DNA from: Azolla caroliniana | Taxonomy: Eukaryota; Plantae; Polypodiophyta | DNA length: 64,000 bases | Reading direction: 5' to 3' | Assembly: GCA_043228905.1 (NCBI GenBank) | Contig: JBHGNT010000001.1 | Span: 18,538,001 to 18,602,000 of the forward strand | In this document: positions 1 to 12,962 of the stretch, piece after piece | Numbering within the stretch: position 1 is the stretch's first letter | Layout: every line of letters starts with the position of its first letter | Notes under the pieces: model-generated | Told to the model about the DNA's origin: nothing | The model's database searches: none | Seen by the model: the letters and a program-made list of their open reading frames with translations, nothing else | Made by a program: the position numbers and the translations under genes

Positions 1-2956
1 CGACCTTATGATTGTCCTATTGATCTTCAGCCAGGAAAAGATCCACCGTGGGGACCCATTTATAGTTTATCACCTATAGAGCTCAAGGTTCTTCACGACT
101 ATATCGATGAAAATTTAGCTACTGGATTTATTCGTCATTCCAAATCTCCTGCTAGCGCACCAATATTTTTTGTCAAGAAGAAAGATGGATCGCTTCGTTT
201 GGTCGTAGATTATTGAGGATTAAACAAAATCACAATTCGAAACAAGTATGCCTTGCCTTTAATACCAACACTTTTGGAGCGGTTGAGTGGAGCCAAATAC
301 TTTACAAAGATCGATCTTAGAGGTGCTTATAATCTAGTTCGAATTCGTCTGGATGATGAATGGAAAACTACATTTCGCACTCGATATGGGCATTTTGAGT
401 ATACAGTTATGCCATTCGGTCTTACAAATGCTCCTGCGGTTTTTCAGCATATGGCCAATGATATTTTCCGAGACTTCTTGGATATATTCACCATCATTTA
501 TTTGGATGATATCTTGATATTTTCCAAGACTCAAGAAGAGCATGATGAGCATGTACACCAAGTTCTACAATGATTACAAGAATATGGTCTCTATGCTAAA
601 CTCAAGAAATGTAGTTTTGATCGCAACCAAGTGGAATTCCTAGGATACATAGTATCACCAGAAGGAATATCTATGGATCAAGCAAAGGTGCAAACAATTC
701 TAGAGTGGGAAACACCACAATCTGTGCGTGATGTCCAGTGTTTCTTGGGATTTGCGAATTTTTATCGCAAATTCATCAGGAACTACTCAAAGAAGGTGTT
801 GCCTCTTACTCAATTAACACATAAAAACCAACCATTCATATGGAATTCTAGTGTTGTTGAGGCATTCGAAAGCCTAAAACATGCATTCACATCAGCTCCT
901 ATTTTGATCCATGTTGACCAAGACAAGCCTTTTATTTTGGAAGCTGATGCATCAGATTTTGCACTCGGGAGTGTCCTGTCACAACCCAAAGAAAATGGGC
1001 TATTATATCCAGTTGCTTTTCATTCGCGAAAATTTGAAGCCGCGGAAATTAATTATGAGATTCACGACAAGGAGCTTTTGGCTATTGTCGACTCTTTTGA
1101 GCATTGGCGCCACTTCTTGGAAGGTTCTCCCCATCAAATCATTGTCTATAATGATCACAAGAACCTAACGTATTTCCAAAATGCTCGAGTCTTAAATCGT
1201 CGACAGGCACGTTGGGCACAATTTCTTACACGCTTTGATTTCTTGATTGTGTATCGCCCCGCAATACACCAGGGAAAGGCAGATGCGCTATCTCGGCGTT
1301 CATACATGGCACCCTGTTTAGGGGAACCTACTTTTGATCATGAAAAGCAGATCCTCCTTGGTCCTGATCATTTACAAGTGATGGTCACTAATGCTTTTAA
1401 GACACCTACGGACTCGATACTTATAAGTACGATTCGTACTGATCTTGAAGCAGATGAATTTGCCCAAGATGTCTTGAATCATATTATTCTAGATCGTGCT
1501 TCTTGTTCAAGGTCGATGAATTCTCATAAAGATTATAATCAGTTCAGTTGGCATGATAATTTACTTTTTCGAAATAATTTTCTTTATGTCCCTGATGGCC
1601 GCTCTCGACTCCTTATTTTACAACATTGCCATGACATGCCAATGGCTGGACATTTTGGAGTTCACAAAACATTGGAATTAGTTTCTAGAAATTATTGGTG
1701 GCCGCATCTTCGTAATTATGTTGAAAACTACATTCGTAGTTGTGATGCATGTTGTCGGTCCAAGTGTCCTCGACATCGACCATATGGTTTACTCCAACCC
1801 TTACCAGTTCCTGATGGTCCTTGGAAGTCTCTATCTATGGATTTCATTACTGATCTTCCATCTTCCAAAGGTTTTGATTCCATCCTGACTGTTGTAGATC
1901 GGTTCACAAAGATGGCACATTTTCTACCATGCACAAAGACTATTAATAGTCAAGAGACAGCAGATTTGGTTATGCGTGAAGTGTTTCGGCATCATGGTCT
2001 TCCTGATGACATCATTAGTGATCAAGGACCACAATTTATCTCAACATTTTGGAAACACTTGTTTGGGCTCCTCCAAATTGATTGTAAACTCTCGTCAAGC
2101 TATCACCCAGAGACTGATGGTCAAACCGAGCGTACCAATCAAACCGTGGAACAATACCTTCGTTGCTTCATCAATTATCAATAAGATGATTGGGTAGATT
2201 ATTTACATTTTGTGGAGTTTTCTTACAACAATTCAGTTCATTCTTCTACCAAAATTATTCCCTTCTTTGCCAACACGGGTGTTCATCCCCGTTGGACAAT
2301 TCTTGATCATCCAAGAATCTCGAAAAACCCCGCTGCGGAGGATCGCCTAAGTCATATCCAAGAAATTCATATTGCTCTTTCTCATCATTTACATCACGCT
2401 CAAGCCACCCATAAGAAATTTGCAGATCGCCATCAACTTAACTCATCACCGAAAAAACCCAAATTTCAAGTTGGAGACCGTGTATGGCTCTTACGACGTA
2501 ATGTGAAGACCACTAGGCCTTGTAACAACCTAGCTTATCAACGCCTTGGTCCATATTTAATCACTAAATAGATCAATGGAGTTGCTTTTCAACTCGATCT
2601 CCCTCCTCATATGTGTCTTCACCCAGTGTTCTGTGTCTCACTCTTGGAACCTTATACTTCAAACTCTATTCCAGATCGCGTTGTTCCCCCTCCCCCTTCT
2701 ATTGAGCTTTGATGAAGGCCCTGAATATGAAGTAAAATCCATTTTGGACTCCAAAGTTGTGAAGAACAAATTTTATTACTTTGTTGATTGGCTGGGTTAT
2801 ACACCTACGGATCAAACGTGGGAGCCAGCTGAAAATCTCAATAATACCAAAGAACTGGTAGCTGAATTTCATCAACGATATCCAAATAAGCCAACTCCTA
2901 GTTCATGCATTGCGACTCGTGGAACTCGTCGTCAAAGGAAGGGGATAATGTCATGA
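1..2956 (+). pseudogene. Chromovirus pol, interrupted by in-frame stops and a frameshift near the chromodomain
   Basis: ORFs 253-573, 631-2184, 2212-2571 share a frame and are separated by single stops; the chromodomain falls in ORF 2576-2956. Confidence 0.9.
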
Positions 2957-3437
2957 ACATATACCAAAACTCCAAGACTTGTAATAAAGATTCGAACCCA
3001 TGACCTCGTCAAAGATAATATGTAGCTTCAACCATTAGGATACATCATATTACATTTATTGAATTGTAAATTCTTATATTAGATCATGAAGAAATATATC
3101 TAATAGTGTGAAACATTGCCACCGCATAGGCTAACGCATGATTACCAAGTGTCATGCTTGCATGAATGCCAAGTGGCATGCTTGCATGAATGACAAATGG
3201 CGAGCATGCGTGCCTATGAGGTGGCGAGCATGCATGTATCCAAAGCATGCTATATAAACATATAGCGAACTATTGATGAACCATTCCGGTTCAACGCCAG
3301 TCTTCGGCGTACTCTTGTAACCATTGTTCTCATTGCTAATACATTTTCAATATCTTATTTCTCTCTCATTCCTCTCTTATTTTCTATTTCTCATTCTTTT
3401 CTTCATGTTAAACTTGTCTTTGGCTACGGCCCTGACA
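2949..3437 (+). repeat. 3' LTR of the chromovirus
   Basis: Starts TGTCA right after the PPT and ends TGACA; TATATAAA near 3251; CATG-rich ~24-bp repeats at about 3150-3250. Confidence 0.85.
2966..3042 (-). promoter_or_regulatory. tRNA-like Pol III type-2 promoter cassette (A box, B box, T4), antisense within the LTR
   Basis: Minus strand: TATCCTAATGG (3042-3032), GGTTCGAATCT (2998-2988), 44 nt start-to-start, then TTTT at 2969-2966. Confidence 0.6.
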
Positions 3438-3890
3438 GCTACACCACTGCATGCCACGGTACATCGGACACCATTCCGATGGATGGACACAGAAGACCAG
3501 GCTTACCGGGCACTAAAAGTATTGTTGTCACAAGCGCCGGTGGTGCAACCTCCGGATTGGTCCAAAGAGTTCCATGTGTTCGTTGATGCATCCGACATCG
3601 CAATCGGGAGCGCACTGATGCAACTGATAAAACCGAAATGGTTACTGGCCAGTCTATTATGCCAGCTGAAAGTTGTCTCAAGCGGAATGGAATTATTCCA
3701 CAACGGAAAGGGAGGCCTTGGGTATGATCTACAGTGTCACCAAGTTTCGACACTATCTGTTGGGAAGGAAATTTTCCTTTCACGTAGATCATTCGGCGCT
3801 TCTTTATTTGGTGTCCAAAGCATCACTCACCGGTAAGCTAGCCTGGTGGACGTTACTATTGCAAGAATTCGAGTTCGAGATATTCCACGA
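3438..3890 (+). pseudogene. RT-connection/RNase H fragment of an older Gypsy into which the chromovirus inserted
   Basis: PDWSKEFHVFVDASDIAIG...NYSTTEREALG...FHVDHSAL...LLLQEFEFEI, with one frameshift. Confidence 0.85.
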
Positions 3891-3979
3891 GTTCGAGAAT
3901 CCGGACCGGTTCCGAACACGTGCCGGTTGGCACCGTTTTGTACGCAGCATCGGTGACCTATATAAAGGCCCGGTTACAA

Positions 3980-4465
3980 TGTAAAACCTTAACGGAGAAT
4001 TAATATAAGCTTCTTGTTTTATCTTCACATATTGATTACCGTTCTGTATTAATTGTTATATCTTACGCATGTATTAAGTGAATGCCTTATTGCTAAGTAG
4101 CCAATTAAGTCGAATTAATCGTTGTGTCTTAAGTTATCTCGCCATAACACCCTTTGGTGAAGTGTCTTCTGGAGACACCCTGTGTTAGGCCATTGTCCGG
4201 CCCTAAGGATTAACAAACCATGGGCAACAAATTTTCACTATATATATAAGAGGAAAAGCAGATTACAAGACTCTGTAGAACAGAGTATCCACCACTTAGG
4301 GTTTTCATGGCAAGTATCACTACTATGTCTTCCTTCACTCTCACTCTTGTCTCCTTCGTACTCTATATATACACACTATATGTCTGCTCTACTATGTTCG
4401 ACACCCTTCCACTTAAAGTTTGTTGTAGGTCCACATATTTAAAGTTTGTCGACTTGATTTTGACA
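3980..4465 (+). repeat. Probable LTR fragment or solo LTR, family unassigned
   Basis: TGTAAAA start, TATATAAG near 4243, CT-rich R-like segment, TTTTGACA end; no convincing TSD. Confidence 0.35.
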
Positions 4466-4499
4466 GTCAATTCTCCCAATTGACAACCGACTTCTCCCA

Positions 4500-5900
4500 T
4501 TAGGAGGGACAGAATCCTAACAAATACTTCCTTAAAGATGGATACCTTTGGGAACACCCAAAGAAATAGAAAGGAACTCCATTGCATGTTGTATGTAAGA
4601 AAGAAGAGCAACAGACACTTTTAATTGAGTTCAACGATAATGCTCGGGCAGAGCATCGAGGAATATGGGTGACTTTCACAAAGTTAAAAGAAAGGTATTG
4701 GTGGCCAAGATTCTACAAAGATGTGTCAAGTTATGTCGAGACATGCAAAGAATGTCGGATTTACTCGATGGATACCTTTGGAAGCACCCAAAGAAACAGA
4801 AAGGAACTCCATTGCGTGTTGTATGCAAGAAAGAAGAGCAACAGACACTTTTAACTGAGTTCAACGATAGTGCTTGGGCAGAGCATCAAGGAATATGGGC
4901 GACTATCGCAAAGTTAAAAGAAAGGTATTGTTGGCCAAGATTCTACAAAGATGTGTCAAGTTATGTTAAGAAATGCAAAGAATGTCGGATTTACTCGAAT
5001 ATTCACCATGGAGATGAGCTTCACTCCACCTATTCGTTATCGATACACTACAAATGGATGGTAGACAATGTAATGAGGCCATTAGGACTATGGCAGATGA
5101 GATACCTTGTCTTAACAAGAGAGGATCTCACAAATCAAGTGAAGGGTCATGCATTGAGAAATAAAACGACATCAGTAGTATGTCGATTTCTTCTAGAAGA
5201 TGTCATATGTAAATATGGATGTGTCAGGAAGATAGTAGCAAATAGAGGCAAGTTGAATGTTAATGAATCCAAAGAGTTCTTTTCAAGAATCAGGGTCAAG
5301 CTATCACTTACTAAAGCTTACAACCCAAAGGCGAATGGGAAAGTACAACGGGGTCACTGACCTATTGTGAAGGCATTAGTAAAGTCTTGTGTTGGGAAGC
5401 TATGCGAATGGCCTAAATTGCTACCATATGTGTTGTGGGTTGATAGGACAACACACAACATCATCACTCGGTTTATTCCAACAGAGCTCACTATCGGTAC
5501 GAAACCTGCATGCCAATAGAGAAAAACATCCTTTCATGGGCCGCTTTACCATGGTAAGATGGAATGAGTAGAGAAGACTCGCTAGCCACAAGGATCCGAT
5601 TACTAGAGCAAAGACCTGAAGATGTCGAAATGGCAATCGACCGCGTAAAGAAAGTTCAACCAAAGAACAAAGAAGCTTTCTATAAAAAACACCAACTTTG
5701 CCCAAAGAAGAAAGAAGAAGGCGATTGGGTTTTAGTCTATGATGGTAGCTTGGACCATATGTACTAAAGACAGTAGAAGATAATGCCACTTATCAGTTTA
5801 TGGAGTTAGATGGTACTTATCTTGTTGTACCTATTGCAGGGAAAAAGACTTAAAATCTTTAAGGAAAGAGAAATGGCAAGTGTTTACATAGAGTTACTAA
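4500..5900 (+). pseudogene. Degenerate integrase of the TGTCG/tRNA-Trp Gypsy family, with a 230-bp tandem duplication (4537-4766, 4767-4996)
   Basis: Peptides match the intact pol at 18747-22214 (REDLTNQV.G.ALR.KT, AYNP.ANGK, WVLVYD.SLD). Confidence 0.85.
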
Positions 5901-5949
5901 ACATCAACAAAGATGAGGAATGACAAGAAACCCTACCACCATTGGCACA

Positions 5950-7660
5950 TGTTGAATGAGCAAGCTCAACATGGGCCAGACTAGTTGGACAATCAAGTAA
6001 GCTAGAACAAAATCAACTCGGTTGGCTAGGGCCCACTTAGGGTGACAAACCTAAGCTTCGGACAGGGTTCCGGACCGGATACCAGATTGGCTGAAGAAGC
6101 CGGATATCGGAACATCACACGTGCCAATTAGACCTATTCTTGTAAATAGGCCTAACATAGGTAGTTGGTGTCAAAGGATCTTTTAAGAGCGTTGAAGTAC
6201 ATGTCAGTACTTCCTGACAGAGCTCAATTGAGACAGGGTGATGCAGATAGGTGTCACCGATCACACTATGCCGAAAAAGGAGATCGAGACGAAATGGACC
6301 CCGCACTTGTGATGAAGCACAAGGAAAACCAGATGGGAGTACGTACCACGAAGCCGGAGGAGGTCTAGTACGTAGATTCCAAAGCGTCAAATCATATGAT
6401 GAACCATGTTGAATGGTTCTCAAGCATGGAAAAACCGAAACTACCGGGAGTTGTCAAGACCAGCGACAACACCGTGCACCCCATCAAACACGTGGGCAAT
6501 GTACCGCTCAGCCATGTTGGACAAAAAGGCCTGATGCGGAATGTGCTGCATGTCCCGACTATTGCAAAGAACTTGGTTTCTATCAGAAAAATTGTTGATT
6601 AGGGCATGCGGGTCCGATTTAATCACCACGGTTATTTCATCGAGGATGAGGGTCGGCTGATAGCGTGAGGGCGTAGAGATGCGAGGATATTTATCCTCAA
6701 AACAAATGATGTTGGTGCCACGAAGTTTGTGAAAGGACGAAAGGTCAAATCTGACTTCGACCTATGGCACAAGCGGATCAACCACATCAATTATTAGAAG
6801 CTTCAAGAACTTTAGTTGAAACAGGTGGTTTCCAGACTGCCACAGTTCAGTGGCCGGAGGGCCAAGATATGTGAAGCATGTCAACTTTGGAAGCAACATA
6901 GGCTCCCATTCCCCAACGAAAAGAATCGGAGCCAGAATCGGCTTGACTTAATCCACACAGATGTATGGGGGCCGACAAGTTGTGTAAGCATGGGATGGAG
7001 TCAATACTTTGTGTCCTTCATCACGACTTCAGCCAACACACTTGGGTATTACCTCATAGAGAAGAAGAGCAAAGTCTTCTCCTGTTTCCGGGATCTAAAA
7101 AGCTTAGTTGAAAGGGAAACATAGAGGAAAATCAAGTGTCTACGGTTGGATGGCGAAAAAGAAATTATACTTTTCCAGCCAGTTCACAAGTTACCTACAA
7201 CAGAAGGGAATCCGGAGGGAGTTCTCTGGTAGATACACATCGGAGGAGAAAACCGTGGCCATGAGACAGAACCGAACTCTAGAAGTTGCCAGGGCAATGC
7301 TAGAGGAGAAGAGCATGCCAAACTCTATTGAGCCTACGTTATCCGGACAGCCGTTTATATATAGAATCGGATCTCTGCTCCCGAAGCAAAGGTGTCACCG
7401 CACGAGCTCTATTTCGGGCGAAAGCCGAATTTGACACATCTCAAGGTGTTCAATAGAATCCCATATGTGTATATACCGGATGAGAGACGAAGGAAGTTGG
7501 ATGCCAAGTCAGAGAAATGTATTTTGGTCGGCTACTCACCCGAGCAGAAGAGGTAGAAGTCCTACAACCCCCCGTCAAAGGAAGTGTGAGTAAGTTGTGA
7601 TGGCGTCTTTGACAAATCAACATCTTGGTATTCTCTTCCATCTCCGACCCCTGAAGACTC
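5950..7660 (+). mobile_element. Truncated Ty1/Copia: partial LTR, protease, GAG-pre-integrase and integrase
   Basis: TGTTGA...CAAGCTCAA LTR start shared with the Copias at 12535, 40476 and 55052; YVDSKASNHM; CEACQL.KQHRLPF; LIHTDVWGP. Confidence 0.85.
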
Positions 7661-7867
7661 CTATTGGCCGGTTTGGACGACCAAGTGTGGAAGGGGCGGA
7701 AAATGGCTACGAGTCGAATTAGTAGTGGGTAGGACCAAACGACGCAATAAAGAATCGAGAGTAGGAAATAGTGGATAGAAAAATAGTAAAGTATTGAATA
7801 TGCAACGGTTCACAAAAAGTCATAACCGTCCATGAGCTCTATAAAAAGGGCCATGGAAAGCTTGTGA

Positions 7868-8179
7868 ATGTTGGCCATGAGAGGACAGGTTTTGTATTTT
7901 GCCAAATATGTGCAAAACCCTCAATTGGCGGAAACAATATTGAGGGGGTTAGAGGATGCAAGTTGTTTAGTGGTTCCATATTTGGATGCAATGAGTTGCA
8001 AGCATGTTGTATTGGATGTACCTTCAAATATATTGTTTGATTTTGGATATGTTTATATTCATGAAGATGAGGTACCAGAAAGCCAAGCCAAGGCTCGGGC
8101 CCATCATCATTGGCGATTCATTAAAAATGGTGATTATGGGAGATGGGAGGGGCGTAAGCTCCATGGAACCATCCTCTAA
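7868..8179 (+). pseudogene. Unidentified ORF just upstream of LINE ORF2 (possible ORF1 C-terminus)
   Basis: 103-aa non-repetitive ORF ending 43 nt before the ORF2 ATG; no recognised domain. Confidence 0.3.
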
Positions 8180-8530
8180 GACTCGTAGGCTCGGGTCTGG
8201 TTCGGCCTCTAACATTTGTTAATGAGGCTCCTCGCGTGGAATGTTCAAGGCTTGGGAAGCCCCTTGTACCGAAGATATAGAGGTAGGTTCAGGCAAGCAT
8301 TACAAAAGTCTCTTATGATGTTTCAAGAACATCATTTGAACAAGCAAAGAATAAGGAACTATGGCATTATATTGCCTGGTAGTTGGGAGATGTTTTGGTC
8401 CCCGGGTATTGGCACTAGTGGTACACAAGGCGGGGTGTGTATGGCAAAGAGATCATTGTACCAGGAAGAGCACAATATATTGTATTAAAAAATTTGCATA
8501 CAACTTGGGGTTACTTGAATATTTATGCAT

Positions 8531-11500
8531 TGTCGCGGAATCCACGCGGCCCTCCTGTCTGTATATACTAGGGCCTCAAAAGAAGCATGGAGCATGGCCG
8601 GTCAACCGCGCCCGCGCTCACGGACACACACACATACACACTGGCTACGATCGGCGCCTTTGCACCAACTCACTACGCACGCACCCGCACTTAGATACCT
8701 AGACACCTACGCCACCTCCCGGGACAAACGCACTCACATACGTACGCGGCATTTGACGCAACACCGGCTCCACACAGTCCGAACAACGACCTCTCGTCGC
8801 TAAGCCGCCAGTCAGGAGCACACGGGCTCGCCATAGCGAGTGGGGTCTTGCATGGTGGAGAGGGGTTTTCTACACAGAACCTTCGAGCACACGGGCTCGA
8901 CCTTAGCAACAACGCGGGATAATAGGGACACACACACAGAGATGCGGGGTGGAGAAGCAACCAAACAAAGAGAAAGAGAGAGAGAAGACAATCTATGTAT
9001 TGTTAGCCGCAACGAATACACACACTCACTCACACACAACAAATGAAGCCCTAGCAAGAAACAAAAATAGAAACATAAACGTACTTCGAGGAATAGAAAG
9101 GAAGAAACCCAACACAAGAGGAAAATACAATATTATTATGAAGGAAACCCAAAATGGAACCCGTAGAGGGGAACCTATGGAACCTCAAAAATGAGGAACC
9201 CTTTTACAAAGGACATTCCCTTCCTTTTATAGAACAAGGATAGGGATGCGTAATAATGTGGGATAAATCCCACTTTACATGCCGGATTCTCTGTCCCAAA
9301 TTAATTATTGTTCGGTGCCATAAAGATGCCCCTATCTTAACACATTTTATACAAGGGTAAGTGCACATGATACACTCCACCGATGCCATTAACTTCCCCG
9401 GGTTTTCTCACTATGGTCGTGAATCTTCACGACATCCGGCCCCACCAAACCACATGTCCACCAGTACGTGCCGAATCTGAAGAAGTTGTAGATTCCGGAC
9501 ATAGTGAGCAATTGGCCTTCCCTAATCCGCATTCTGGTTGTCGTGTCGGCCCCTGCCAATCTCGAACCGTCAACTCCGATTCCGTCTCCGTGCTCGCCTC
9601 TCCGTAGACTCATTCGACTTGTCGATAGGTCTTTCGCCACAATCCCCTCTTGTACGTGTGCTCGTCCTGTGGCCCTTCAATCGACCATATGCACGCTCCT
9701 CGCTTCGTCCTGCTCTTCCCTCCGGAAGCTCATTCCTTGGTTGGTCTCCACTCCTAACTCTAAACCCTCGTCGGCCTTCTTCACTTAGTGCCACCGTCAA
9801 TCTCTTGGTCTTATGTTGGCCCCCAATGTTGACCGTCGAAGTATCTAGCCCGGTGTGCCATTCTCCAAACTCGTTCCCGCACACGCTTCGTTGGCCCCTA
9901 CCCGGCTAGTTTGTGCCTTGTCGTTTCTCCGCATATCGGTGTCCTCCACGTCCGAGGAACACCCCGTCCCGTGTTAGCCCGCTCGGCCCCTTTCGTTCAC
10001 CGTCGTTGCAACCAGTTTGGTGCCTTCTGCTCTCCGTCGTCCCCTCACCCCCCTCCAGGTCGTTATCTCGGGCTTGGCTTGCCACACCAGTCGTTGCCAC
10101 TCCGACTGAGCCACCGAGATCTCCAAAGTGGGTGTGGAGGATATTTCTCAGGCCTCTGATGTTGTTTCCAGCCACCGACCCAAGTTACCTGTTTTACGCC
10201 CGGTTTACGTCCCAGCACCTCCGTGTGCCGTCTCGTTCCTTCCTTGTTCGTCACCACCTATGCCGAACACCAACCCGTATCTGTGCCTTTACCTCGGCCC
10301 TCGATGGCCACGCGCACATCTTTCGTTCCTCTTCCGGGTGTGCCCTTTTCGACTCAACACACCGCTCCCCACTTGGGTGTCCTTGGTAGCTTTCCATGCT
10401 GCTACCCACGAAGGATCACCCTTTCCCATTTCGGCTTGCCTGGCCTTCGTTTCCCTTGCGACGCCTTGGTTGCTTGGTGCCTATGTTGCTACTGCCTTCT
10501 TCCCCTCACCGCCACCATCAGTCTCTTGGTCTTACGTTGGCTCCTGATGCCAACCGCTGAAGTCTCTAGATCCGGGTGGAGGATCCTTCTCGGGCCTTCG
10601 ATCCGTTAGGCCACCGACTCGTGCACCAAGCGCGTCCAATCTTTGTCCTTCTGACCCGGCTGATCGAGTCTCTTGGTCTTACGTCGGCTCTCAATGCCGA
10701 CCGCTGAAGTCTCTAGCCTAGTGTGAGGTGAGCCATAAGTTCAGTCTTCATTCCTCCGCTCTCTCTTTGCACTTCTCTCGGACTCGTCTTCGTCCCCCTT
10801 CATGCGCTCCCGCTGCCATCTCCCTTCTTTCTGGTTTTACGTCGACTCCCGATGCCTGACTGCCGAAGTCTCCGGAAAACATGTGGGGATACCGATTCCG
10901 AAACGACTCCCGACGACTTTGTCCGAGGCCACTGACTTGTTCGTGCTATCGGTGGAAAGCACCTGCTTTATGATCGAGCAAACCCCAACTGGGCGTGCTT
11001 CTCCGATGTCCGGCGTTTCGGCCTCGTTGCCGAGCCTGCTAGATTTGTTCTGCTCCTTCGATCATCTCCTTCCCGGTTTTCAACCTTTGCCCGGCCGGTC
11101 ATTCTCCCTTTGTAAAAGATGCGGCTCGTCCCGCACCCTCTCCCTCATCTCGTACCGTCGTACCTCAATTGGCCTCCGCCTCCACCACGTACGTCTTGTC
11201 CATGCGCCCCCTTCCTGTTGTGATGTCGTGCTGTCACACGCCATCTCCGTTTTCCTTTACTAGGTGGCCACACTCTGTGAGCTTCTCCAAGCTCTTTTCT
11301 CCACCGGCCGGTTGATGCTTCGACAGAACTCGTGGGACTCCGTCCCCGTTGAAATGGTTGACTTCTTCGACCTTGCTCATCTTGTTGCGCCGCTTCTCGC
11401 CTCTTCTTCTCGAAGTCTTTGTCTTCCAACTCCATCCTCCCTTGCCACCCTTCACGTCGGGTTCACCAAAGATGTCGTGGAATACCGTGCTTGCATGTCG

Positions 11501-12525
11501 GATCTGGGCAGGACCACCGGGGTCATGGACCAAGAGGGAAGGAGTTTCCGGAAGGCCGAATCCTCTAGAGCCAGCCACATTGCCGGTCAAATCGGTTCCG
11601 GATGGTCCCGAAAGGGGCCCAGACTCTTGAAGGAAGAGAGCACGCGTGCGTGTATCCACGCAGCCCTCCTATTTGTATATACAAGGCCTCAAAAGAAGCA
11701 CGGGCCATGGCCCGGTCAACCGCACTCGTGCTCACGTACACGCACACACACACACCGACTACAATCGGCGCCATAGCACCAACTCACACGCACACTCCCT
11801 ACCTACGTTGCCTCCCGGGACACATGCACCCACATACGTATGCGGCGTTCGACACAACGCCGGCTCCACGGAGTCCGAACAATGACCTCTCATCGCCAAA
11901 ACTGACAGTCATGAGCACACGGGCTCGCCATCACAAGTGGAGTCTTGCACGGCGGAGAGGGGTTTTCTACACAGAACCTTCGAGCACATGGGCTCGACCT
12001 GAGCAACAACGTGGGACAACAGGGACACAAACAGAGACGCGGGGTGGAGAAGCAATCAAACAAAGAGAAAGAGAGAGAGAAGACAGTCCGCGTATTGTCA
12101 GCCGCAACGAACACACACACTCACTCACGCACAACAAATGAAACCCTAGCAAGAAATAGAAATAGAAACATAAACCTACTTTGAGGGATAGAAAGGAAGA
12201 AACCCAAACAAGAGCAAAATACAATACTATTATGAAGCAAACCCAAAATGGAACCCGTAGAGGGGAACCTATGGAACCTCAAAAATAAGGAACCCTTTTA
12301 CAAGGGACGCTCCCTTCCTTTTATAGAACAAGGAGAGGGATGCATAACAATGTGGGATAAATTCTGCATTACATGGGATTCTCTGTCCCGAATTAATTAT
12401 TGTTGGGCGCCATAAAGGCGCCCTTAGCTTAACACATTTTATACAAGGGTAAGTGTACATGATGCATTGTGCCAATGCCATTAACTTCCCCAGGTTTGTC
12501 ACTATGGTCGTGAATCTTCACAACA
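8531..12525 (-). mobile_element. Non-autonomous Gypsy of the TGTCG family: 5' LTR 11473-12525, 3' LTR 8531-9434, tRNA-Trp PBS, gag relic plus repeats, no pol
   Basis: Paired LTRs; minus-strand PBS TGGTGAACCCGACGTGAA at 11468-11451; PPT GGTTTGGTGGGGCCGGA abutting 9434; gag-like HFNGDGVPR; the 3' LTR lacks about 170-180 bp present in the 5' LTR. Confidence 0.88.
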
Positions 12526-12962
12526 ATGCCAAATTATAAAAGAATACATCTGCAAAAGCGTATGTGTAAGAGCATAGAGTACACAGCTCGGAAGTATGAC
12601 AGTTCCATAAACGCAGAAATCACAGAGAGAGAGAGAGGGAGAGCGAGAGAGAGAGAGGGAGAGCGAGAGAGAGAGAGGGAGAGCGAGAGAGAGAGAGAGA
12701 GAGCAAAACGAAACAAATATTTAGAATAATTCTCTGTATGTTCTCTATACATATTTTGTGCTCAGTGAGCACCTATTATACAAGCCTCGACTATTGGACT
12801 AACACAAGTACTGACAGTACTTGACCGTTCATAAATGAGCCTTCTATACTAACTCCTAAACTATTCCTTAAGAGGAATAACATTCTAACGGCCTTTCGGT
12901 TTAAACACCGCCACGAACATATTTTGTGTACGGTTTTATGCACCCAATATTGAGCTTGTCTC

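Larger units (their letters stand above)
1..3437 (+). mobile_element. Ty3/Gypsy chromovirus (Tcn1-like), 3' part: RT-RNase H-integrase-chromodomain, PPT and 3' LTR
   Basis: RT motifs [25 protein letters not shown]; RNase H ADASDFALG/DHKNL; integrase HH-CC and MDFIT...DQG...E; chromodomain EYEVKSILD...WLGY...WEPAENL; PPT AAAGGAAGGGGATAA at 2934-2948. Confidence 0.93.
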
